Of a DNA stretch of 64,000 bases, positions 38,401-45,296 are shown one piece after another. The notes under the pieces were generated by a model. The model was not told the origin of the DNA. It saw only the letters and a list, made by a program, of their open reading frames with translations, and did no database searches. The DNA is from Candidatus Krumholzibacteriota bacterium. GTDB taxonomy: Bacteria > Krumholzibacteriota > Krumholzibacteriia > Krumholzibacteriales > WJIX01. The translations under genes were made by a program, and so were the position numbers. Positions within the stretch are counted from its first letter, which is position 1; the number at the start of each line of letters is the position of its first letter. The stretch is from contig JAXHNR010000002.1 in assembly GCA_034520215.1 (NCBI GenBank), positions 6,859 to 70,858 of the forward strand. The letters run 5' to 3'.

Positions 38401-38606
38401 AGGGAGGCATTGTAACATTACGCATATATGATGTATCGGGAAGGCTTATCAGGACGGTTCTTAACGGACCTCAGACTGCGGGTCAGAAAACGGTAATGTG
38501 GAATGGAAGGGATAGTAGAGGGCTGAATGTTGCTTCGGGTGTCTATTTCTACAGGCTGACGGCACCGGGGTATAAAAAAACGCTGAGGATGGTGCTGCTC
38601 AGGTAG
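35457..38606 (+). CDS. Secreted LVIVD-repeat protein (14 repeats, probably two 7-bladed propellers) with an FN3-like domain and a FlgD-Ig/T9SS-type C-terminal domain
   Basis: Signal peptide MKKHLGIWLAAIVLLFSLLPAHPCFA (ATG at 35457). 14 repeats of about 43 aa of form VSGDYAFVAD..sGLqViDISDPsnPxLlGsYdT.G. C-terminus YVLYPNVPNPFNP...GVYFYRLTAPGYKKTLRMVLLR. Confidence 0.85.
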   Translation: MKKHLGIWLAAIVLLFSLLPAHPCFAGNNVYTENFSTSLFEDPAYTTANWDTVAGELKFFTFQPTLIGSYNTSGISRDVKVSGDYAFVADNDNGIQVFDISDTANPLLIGSYGAESYTLDVEVSGDNAFLADYSSGLQILDISDPTNPLFVGAYNTSGSSQSVDVEGDYAFIADGDPGLIIIDISDLSSPALLGTYDTPGYARNLTVSGDYAFIADGLSGLRVIDISDPANPTSLGSYDTTGDAREVRVSGDYALVADNTSGLQILDISDPSSPALLGTCDTPGHAYGVIASGDYAFVADYNYGVQVIDISDPSNPQIIGSYDTPGNAYGVTVSGENVFLADAAGGLKVVKIAQLVNPKLVGNYDTSSYCRHVTVSGDFAFVADYRGGLLVIDISDSANPALLGTYDTPGYAHGVAVSGDYAFVADGGSGLQMIDISDPANPVFLENFNTAGYATDVAVSGDCAFLADLGMLYVIDISDPSNLTSLGTYSPLLGDVRGVEVSGNCAFVADGDWGLLMIDITDPTSPTRIGRYYQESNNFMDVTCAGDYAFAANDTSGLYVIDISDPYIPSLLGSYNTPGSAVSVEISGNYAFVADADSGLHVINISDPTSPTLIATCDTPDYAYGVAVAGDYAYVADGSSGLQSIVVSQGKLDLDGNAGRSLFVYSSGDSIFRTRLTSTHTDSVDWEVSSDDGTNWQEILPDGEWNRQAVPGKNLLWRSTLLWEEPVDNPAVTELQLEWLVGAGVISEIVDVPDDQGGWVQMNIIRSGKDFLDETDYTILEYKIWRWDGDVDDGEWVCMDSVTAAQQDEYVVTLPTVKDSCASSTNHTTFLVTAHTTKPTLVFACEPDSGYSIDNIAPSVPTNFSVAYNTGSGNHLSWDPCPDGDFKQFNVYRSNDPGFIPSPSDLVRVETGTSWHDPGYDGWDVCYKITALDSADNESDPVSPSNVTATEDPEIPMNYVLYPNVPNPFNPITSIRYDVPAEGGIVTLRIYDVSGRLIRTVLNGPQTAGQKTVMWNGRDSRGLNVASGVYFYRLTAPGYKKTLRMVLLR
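35694..37400 (+). repeat. Tandem coding repeat, period about 129 bp (LVIVD units)
   Basis: Recurrent ...gtttcgggcgactacgcctttgtggcgga...gatatttcagatcc... blocks are visible at regular spacing through this interval. Confidence 0.7.
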
Positions 38607-38686
38607 GGCCGGGAAATTTTGGAGTTTCCCCATTTTTCTTAGGGGACAAAGAGGATTCAATATTCAGACTCTCTGCAATCCGCTAT

Positions 38687-40630
38687 TTATGGTGCAGTGT
38701 AAAACCCGGAAGCTTCAATATGGAGACTCGCTCTCCGTGTCCAGTCTGTGCCGCTGATGCTATCAGACCATGAATAAGCAGCTTCGCCCACCAAGTTGGT
38801 ATCCATACTCAGTCCCCAGTCGTTATTAATTATTTCATACGGCCACCATGTATAATTGCCGGTTGAAGCTTCACTGCCGTGGGGGATGATATTTGAAGTG
38901 TAATTATTCCCGCCGCTTAAACCTTCCAGGTACGCAGTTAACCAGTTGGTGTCCAGATCTGATAAATATATCTGCGAGAGCACACGGACTGTTATTCCCG
39001 TTAGAGGATCCTCCACCCCTCCGGGCTGATAACCAGCACCGCTTCCTCCGCAACCGTAAGCCATCATAGTATCGGGTATCAGTTCGAGTGATTCATTGGT
39101 AGAGCTGTATGAATATGACCTATCGCTCAGATAACCGTCACAGGGGGTATGAACACTTCTTATTCTCTGCCCGCTTCCGCTTAAATAACAGCTACAGACG
39201 GATGTTGATGCTGAATAATTGTAATCATATTCCATTGTGGTTCTGATCTTAATCTCGAGTATGTTAATAGAGAGAGTATCATAGTAGTTGGTTTCGTCGT
39301 AGTACGCTCTGGCGGGGATATGATATTCAGTAATATCTGTATCGCTGTTCAGGTTATTCGCCCAGGTGCCGGTAAATGACGCCTCGAATTCACCGTCAGC
39401 GTCTGTACTCCCGCTCTGATCATGAGTTACGTCGTCGGGCCAGTCGATCTCTACAAATACATCCTGCAGAGGAGATCCTCCCTTTTCAAAGTGGGCTGTT
39501 GCCGTGAATATGGCCCTGTCCAGATTGCTTTCAGATATAACACCTGTCTGAACTGTCTGTTTGTCGGATGTCAGATAGAAATTCACTTCATCCTCACTCC
39601 CGCACGCCGCTATCCAGCTTTCTATCTGATCGATCAGTCCTGAGTCAGGGTTGGGGGATAACTCAGCCCAGTCAAGCGCATCTTCAAGTATAGCTTCACC
39701 GGTTTCATAACTGCCGTTCTCGCATTCCTGGTGGCCTGTCGAAGCATATTCATTAACAAGGCCGTTGAACACAGCCTCTATATCGGTCTTGATATCGGAT
39801 AATCCCAAGTTGTCAGCGTAGTTATAACAATCCAGAATCAATTCGAAAACATCCGGCAGGGGCTCCGACTGCCCCTCATCGATTGCTTCGCTGGTAAGCG
39901 CTTCAAGGATCGAAGAACAGTTATTGAATGCCATATCTCTCAGAGTGTTCCAACCCATTTCATCCGCGTGTCTGTAATAGCTTATGAGTCTGAGCAGAAT
40001 ATCCAAGCCGGGATGATCCTCTCCGTATTCACTAGCCTTTTCGATAAGGTGCTGAAGGAATTCTTCTCCGGGCGTGTCGCTGCCGTATCCGCTGAAATGA
40101 GAGAGTGTGCAGGAGATCGTGGGAGTGCCTTGATCTACAACCGTGGGGATTATCTCATAATAACCGGAGCAGTCGCAGAACCCGGCTATAATTGTCGAAT
40201 CTGTTATACCGCATGAAAAAGTATCAGGATATTCGATTGTGAGAATAACGGGCGAGGAAAATTCCAGGCCGTCAGGTTCCGCGATTAACCCGAAATGACA
40301 GGATAAAGTGTCCTGGAGTGATTCGAAGCCGGAAATGGAGAATGAAAGATTATCAACAGGGGTCAATGTAATTGTAGTAACCGAATCAACCGCTTCGGGA
40401 TCCGCTTCAAGTGTATAGATCACTCCATCTGAGCTTGTCGCGGAAACGGATCCTCCGGAAACTGGATCCAGATCACCGCTGCCGGAAGATCCGGTTTCTT
40501 CCTGGTATTCAATTACTAATTCTCCTTCTTCCTGAGAGTTATCCCCATCGGGACCCGTTGTATCTTCGGAACATTCGAATATGGAAAGTATTACAGTAAC
40601 CGAAAGCAGTGCAAGAATAACGCGTTTCAT
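38687..40630 (-). CDS. Acidic secreted lipoprotein of unknown function
   Basis: MKRVILALLSVTVILSIFEC lipobox-like signal. D/E/S/G-rich, about 647 aa. No family recognised. Convergent with the LVIVD gene. Confidence 0.6.
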   Translation of the reverse strand: MKRVILALLSVTVILSIFECSEDTTGPDGDNSQEEGELVIEYQEETGSSGSGDLDPVSGGSVSATSSDGVIYTLEADPEAVDSVTTITLTPVDNLSFSISGFESLQDTLSCHFGLIAEPDGLEFSSPVILTIEYPDTFSCGITDSTIIAGFCDCSGYYEIIPTVVDQGTPTISCTLSHFSGYGSDTPGEEFLQHLIEKASEYGEDHPGLDILLRLISYYRHADEMGWNTLRDMAFNNCSSILEALTSEAIDEGQSEPLPDVFELILDCYNYADNLGLSDIKTDIEAVFNGLVNEYASTGHQECENGSYETGEAILEDALDWAELSPNPDSGLIDQIESWIAACGSEDEVNFYLTSDKQTVQTGVISESNLDRAIFTATAHFEKGGSPLQDVFVEIDWPDDVTHDQSGSTDADGEFEASFTGTWANNLNSDTDITEYHIPARAYYDETNYYDTLSINILEIKIRTTMEYDYNYSASTSVCSCYLSGSGQRIRSVHTPCDGYLSDRSYSYSSTNESLELIPDTMMAYGCGGSGAGYQPGGVEDPLTGITVRVLSQIYLSDLDTNWLTAYLEGLSGGNNYTSNIIPHGSEASTGNYTWWPYEIINNDWGLSMDTNLVGEAAYSWSDSISGTDWTRRASLHIEASGFYTAP

Positions 40631-40908
40631 AAACCTTCTCCTCCATTCACAGCAAGTCATTTAAAATTCATATAATAGATGAAATAACCTGACGTCCTAA
40701 AAGAAAAATTCAATGAGAAAACAGGACATTTTATAATATTACGGTCTTTCATAAAGTATCTCTCTAACCTACACTTTATTCGTATACCCGCGTCTGTTTT
40801 TATTAAAACCGGAGTTGTTTTTATTCTAAGATTGTTGAATTTTTCTGTCAACATGGAATGTCCAAGGAAAGAATATATGGAATTCCCAGCGGGCACTATA
40901 ACCCCCCC

Positions 40909-41322
40909 CTATATATATCCCCTGGCATGCTTTCTGATATGAACCAGAACCTGTGCCAGACCGTTCGAGCGAACCGGGGAAAGATGTTCTGAAAGACCTG
41001 TTTTCTCAAGAAAATACAGATCAGCGCCAACTATATCCTCCGGCTTTCTCCTGTTTATAACCTGCAGCAGAAGGGTCAGTATCCCCCTGGTAATAACCGC
41101 GTCACTGTCGGCGTAATAGATTACTTTCCCGCTATTAAATTCACTTGCAAGCCAAAGCTTCGACTGACATCCGCTGATAAGGTTTTCATCTTTCCTGAAT
41201 TCTTTAGACGGAAGTTTTATCTCCCTCCCCAGTTTTATAAGATACTGATAAAGGTCTGCCCGTCCATCCAGAGCTGAAACCTCATCTATTATCCTGTCCT
41301 GAATTTCATTTATCTCAGTCAT
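40909..41322 (-). CDS. sufE: Cysteine desulfuration sulfur acceptor SufE
   Basis: ENLISGCQSKLWL active-site Cys motif, size about 137 aa, directly downstream of sufS. Confidence 0.85.
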   Translation of the reverse strand: MTEINEIQDRIIDEVSALDGRADLYQYLIKLGREIKLPSKEFRKDENLISGCQSKLWLASEFNSGKVIYYADSDAVITRGILTLLLQVINRRKPEDIVGADLYFLEKTGLSEHLSPVRSNGLAQVLVHIRKHARGYI

Positions 41323-41325
41323 CGC

Positions 41326-42546
41326 TTATCCTGCCATCATGCTCGAGACCTTTTTTATTCCCGTTATCAGTCTTTCCAAATCATTGATGTTGTTATACAA
41401 CGCTACTGAAGCCCTCACAGTTCCTGTTATCCCATAATGGTTCATCAGCGGCTCCGCGCAGTGGGCGCCCGTTCTTACAGCCACGCCGAGGCCATCGAGA
41501 ATCATCCCCGCGTCGTAATGATGAATGCCGTCAAGGTTGAAGGAGATCGATCCGTGCTTTGAGGATCCTTCAGCGTAGATTACCACCCCTTCAAGGCTTT
41601 TCAGTTCATCTTCAAGGTATTTTAACAATTTATTCTCGTGCGCTTCTATTTCGCCCTGGCCGATATTATCTATATACTCTATCGCTTCCGCGAGCCCTAT
41701 AACCCCCGCAATATTCCCTGTGCCCGCTTCGAACTTCAGGGGCACGGCTTCGTACTCGGTTTTTTCGAATGAGACTGACTTTATCATTCCTCCTCCGGTG
41801 TTGAACGGGGGAAGTTCTTTCAGCAAATTCTCTTTTCCGTAGAGTACACCTGTTCCGGTGGGTCCGTATACCTTGTGCCCGGAAAAAACAAAAAAATCAC
41901 AATCCATTTCTCTCACATTTACCGGGATATGCTGAATGGACTGAGCTGCATCGACCAGTACCGGAATATCTTTCTTATGAGCCGCTTCTATAATCTTCTC
42001 TACCGGGTTGATTACACCCAGCACGTTGGAAACGTGCGTGACTGAGATCAGCTTCGTTTTCGGTTTAATCAGATTCTTTAATTTATCTATCCTCAGATTT
42101 CCGTTTTTTTCAAGAGGGATCACCCTGAGGACCGCTTTCTTCCTCCTGCATAAGCGCTGCCATGGAACGATGTTCGCGTGGTGCTCCATTCCCGTTACTA
42201 TTATCTCGTCATCTTCCCGGATGAACCTTTCTCCGAAAGAGTAAGCTATGAGATTAATCGATTCTGTGGCACCCGAGGTGAAAACTATCTCTAAGGCTTT
42301 TTCGGCGTTTAGGAATTTTCTTACACTTTCCCTTGCATCTTCGTAAAGACCGGTTGCTCTCCGGCTCAACAGGTGAGCTCCCCGGTGTGTGCTGCTGTAT
42401 TCTTCGCTATAGAATCTTATGATTCTATCCAGCACCCGCTTCGGTTTCTGGGTTGTAGCCGCGTTGTCGAGGTAGCAGATTTGTTTGCCGTTTTCTTCCC
42501 TGCTTAATATGGGAAAGTCTTCTCTTATATCATCAATATCGATCAT
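41326..42546 (-). CDS. sufS: Cysteine desulfurase, SufS/CsdA group II
   Basis: YLDNAATTQKP, SGHKVYGPTGTGVLYG (PLP Lys), RTGAHCAEPL (catalytic Cys). Confidence 0.9.
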   Translation of the reverse strand: MIDIDDIREDFPILSREENGKQICYLDNAATTQKPKRVLDRIIRFYSEEYSSTHRGAHLLSRRATGLYEDARESVRKFLNAEKALEIVFTSGATESINLIAYSFGERFIREDDEIIVTGMEHHANIVPWQRLCRRKKAVLRVIPLEKNGNLRIDKLKNLIKPKTKLISVTHVSNVLGVINPVEKIIEAAHKKDIPVLVDAAQSIQHIPVNVREMDCDFFVFSGHKVYGPTGTGVLYGKENLLKELPPFNTGGGMIKSVSFEKTEYEAVPLKFEAGTGNIAGVIGLAEAIEYIDNIGQGEIEAHENKLLKYLEDELKSLEGVVIYAEGSSKHGSISFNLDGIHHYDAGMILDGLGVAVRTGAHCAEPLMNHYGITGTVRASVALYNNINDLERLITGIKKVSSMMAG

Positions 42547-42553
42547 TAACCGT

Positions 42554-43561
42554 TCAGTCCTTGACTATCAAAATTAGTGAATACCACTTCCTGCTGTCCG
42601 TATAAATCCTCTTAATCCTAAGTCCCGCCCTTTCTATCATCATCACTACCTGCTCACGGGAAAACTTGTGCGAGTTCTCGGTGTGGATTCTTTCCCCCTT
42701 TCCTATGGGGATCCTTTTATTAAGGTGCGGGGTTCTTATTTCCATATCCTCCACCGCCTCCAGGTGCATCTCTATCCTAGAGTGCTGGTCGTTGAAAAAA
42801 GCCACATGCTGAAAAAGCTCCGGGTCGAAGTCCATGCCGGCCTTTTTGTTCACCACATTCAGTATATTTTTATTGAACTCGGCAGTAATCCCATCACGGT
42901 CGTTGTAGGCAAGCTCTAATATTTTTCTATCCTTTATCATGTCCACACCCAGAAGGAGGTTGTCGCCGCTGTTCATAACCTCCTGGAGATCAGTTAGATA
43001 TACTAGTGCCTGATCTCTGTCCAGATTCCCGATAGTGCTTCCGAAGAAACAGAAGAAACGGCCGGATGATTCAGGTACACGGTCGATCTTGCTTAAGAAA
43101 TTTGCCGCCAGGCCGTAAAACTCAATAAGGGGAAATCGCTCTGATATGATATCGGCGGATTTCTTAAGAGCTGAGTAACTTATATCCACAGGAACGTAAC
43201 GGATCGCCGCCCTCTTTGATTCCGGAATAGACCCTATAAGAATTGAGATCTTAGAGCAGTCTCCGCTTCCAATTTCAACTATATCCATCCCATCGAACGA
43301 TCCGCATATCTCAGGCGAGATCTCTCTTAAGATTTTCTTTTCCATATCGTAGAGGTAGTATTCCTCAAGGGCTGTTATTCTCTCGAACAGCCTCGAGCCC
43401 ACCTCATCATAGAAGAAAACGCTGGATATCTGTTTTCTCTCTCCCGTAAGCCCACTGATTATATCCTTAAGATTCTTCTCCCTGCTGTTTCCGTCAAGAA
43501 GGCTTCTTATCTTAATTCTGCTTCCGGCATATATTTTCTGCATAAACCTCCTGTCGCTCAA
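42554..43561 (-). CDS. egtD: Histidine N-alpha-methyltransferase (EgtD/EanA family, hercynine synthase)
   Basis: FFYDEVGSRLFERITALEEYY, VEIGSGDCSKISILI, YVPVDIS, FFGSTIGNL, AYNDRDGITAEFNKNIL, IHTENSHKF, which is the Methyltransf_33 signature set. Confidence 0.8.
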   Translation of the reverse strand: MSDRRFMQKIYAGSRIKIRSLLDGNSREKNLKDIISGLTGERKQISSVFFYDEVGSRLFERITALEEYYLYDMEKKILREISPEICGSFDGMDIVEIGSGDCSKISILIGSIPESKRAAIRYVPVDISYSALKKSADIISERFPLIEFYGLAANFLSKIDRVPESSGRFFCFFGSTIGNLDRDQALVYLTDLQEVMNSGDNLLLGVDMIKDRKILELAYNDRDGITAEFNKNILNVVNKKAGMDFDPELFQHVAFFNDQHSRIEMHLEAVEDMEIRTPHLNKRIPIGKGERIHTENSHKFSREQVVMMIERAGLRIKRIYTDSRKWYSLILIVKD

Positions 43562-43570
43562 ACTAAGATG

Positions 43571-44875
43571 CTACTCTGGAGTTCCCGTTTCGATCGGATT
43601 CTCAGGGTCACTGCTCCATTGATACCATCCGCCGTCGAAAACCGATATGTCCGGCCAGCCCATAAGCCAGGCGCTAAAGAAGGCCTCGCTCGCCCTCCAG
43701 CCGGTCCCGCAGTAGAAGGCATTATGTTTGTCGGGAGTAATTCCCGCTTCACTCCAGATCCTTTCGATCTCGTGGTACTCCCTCATAGTATGGTCGAGGT
43801 TTCTGTAATTCTCCATGTGGTATGCGTCTGACCCGCAGTTGCCGAAGATAGAACCCGGTATTCTACCCTTCTTCTCTATGTAATTGTAACCGCTTACCCG
43901 GCCTGTATACTCCGGCCAGCTGCGGACGCTTACCAGGTTTTTTCCTTCAGCCTCGAGAATCTCCCTCGCCCCTGCCATATCTGTAATCAACTCCGGGTTC
44001 TGAGGGATATTAACCCCGAATTTTTCAGCCTTCATTTTCGTATTCTCTTCTGTTTCCACCCCGTACCCGGCATCCAACCACGCCTGCATACCTCCGTTAA
44101 GCAGACGCACATCTTTTACACCCGCATATAGCATTATAAAAGCGGCTCGCATCGCCCCAAGGTGTCCCGCGCTGCTTCCCGGAAAGGGATCGTTATTGTC
44201 CGGGAATGAAAACCTCCCGTAAAGCACAACCGTTGTCTCTGATGTTATCCCCCTGGACAGAAGCGCCTTTTTTATCTCATCCGGTTTACGGCAGTTCCAG
44301 GTCTCCTGCGATTCGAGCGCATTCGTATCTATATCGACAGCTCCCGGTATATGCCCAGCTAAATAGTCTTCCCGATTTCGGTAATGAGCATGACAGAGTA
44401 CAAACCTGTTGTTTTCATATTCTTCGGCATCTCCGGTCTCAATCAACCGCTTAAGCCATGGGGCGGGAACCAGCCTGTTGTATCTTTCCAGTTGCTCCAT
44501 AGGCAGTGAGTCACTCATAACCCACTCGTCTGTAAACCCGTAGTAAGCCGCGACATCATCATACCCCGAATTAACAAACTGTTTGATTACTTTATCTGTT
44601 TGATCTCTGCTGTAGCCGTAAACAACGATCATATCTTCCGGCTTTATCCCCCGGGACCGGACTATCTCTATCCAGTCTATATATTCAGCCCATTTAGCAG
44701 GAAAAGATTTTGCGCCTTCTATATGACCGCCTCTTTTTTCACACTGCAATCTCCAGCCATTATAAGCCTCGGGAGGGCGAACATCAATTACCTTCAGATT
44801 AGAATGTCCAAATTTTTTGAGCAGCTCCCGGGTGGAAAGTTCCCGGTGGTATGTAGATTCTTTTTTGGCATACAT
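43571..44875 (-). CDS. eanB: Multi-rhodanese sulfurtransferase, EanB-like (anaerobic ergothioneine synthase candidate)
   Basis: Rhodanese modules. C-terminal active-site loop FYCGTGWRASEAF. Blocks CHAHYRNREDY, GSDAYHMENYRN and DGGWYQWSSDPENPIETG. Adjacent to the egtD-like gene, as in the EanA/EanB pair. Confidence 0.7.
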   Translation of the reverse strand: MYAKKESTYHRELSTRELLKKFGHSNLKVIDVRPPEAYNGWRLQCEKRGGHIEGAKSFPAKWAEYIDWIEIVRSRGIKPEDMIVVYGYSRDQTDKVIKQFVNSGYDDVAAYYGFTDEWVMSDSLPMEQLERYNRLVPAPWLKRLIETGDAEEYENNRFVLCHAHYRNREDYLAGHIPGAVDIDTNALESQETWNCRKPDEIKKALLSRGITSETTVVLYGRFSFPDNNDPFPGSSAGHLGAMRAAFIMLYAGVKDVRLLNGGMQAWLDAGYGVETEENTKMKAEKFGVNIPQNPELITDMAGAREILEAEGKNLVSVRSWPEYTGRVSGYNYIEKKGRIPGSIFGNCGSDAYHMENYRNLDHTMREYHEIERIWSEAGITPDKHNAFYCGTGWRASEAFFSAWLMGWPDISVFDGGWYQWSSDPENPIETGTPE

Positions 44876-45296
44876 ATTAAATTATTACCGTATATCCCGC
44901 AGATTTGCAACAATTATCAGAGACCCGGGCTTAAAGTGAGATTTTATTCAGCTGTGTTGAGACTGGAAGTTCGGCGCTTTGGCGACTCAAAGGGAAAAAA
45001 GCTGTGCGTAAAAAATTGTTGAATCGTATTTTCCACATATTTCCCCGGACTCAGGTTCGATATGACCCCCGGTTTTTCACACTATGTTTCATTATCAAAA
45101 CCAAGTCCGATATGAATCGGGTTTTAAAAATAAAATCGTCTGGATAACCATAAATTTCAGGTCAATTCTGAGAACATCTGCCTTTCAGTGATTATCGACT
45201 ACCTTATTGATTATAAAAATTTTGGGAACTCCAATACACATAAAAGACTTGACGTTCCAGAAAAAAATCTGTGAATATCAAGCAAAGGAGGAAAAA

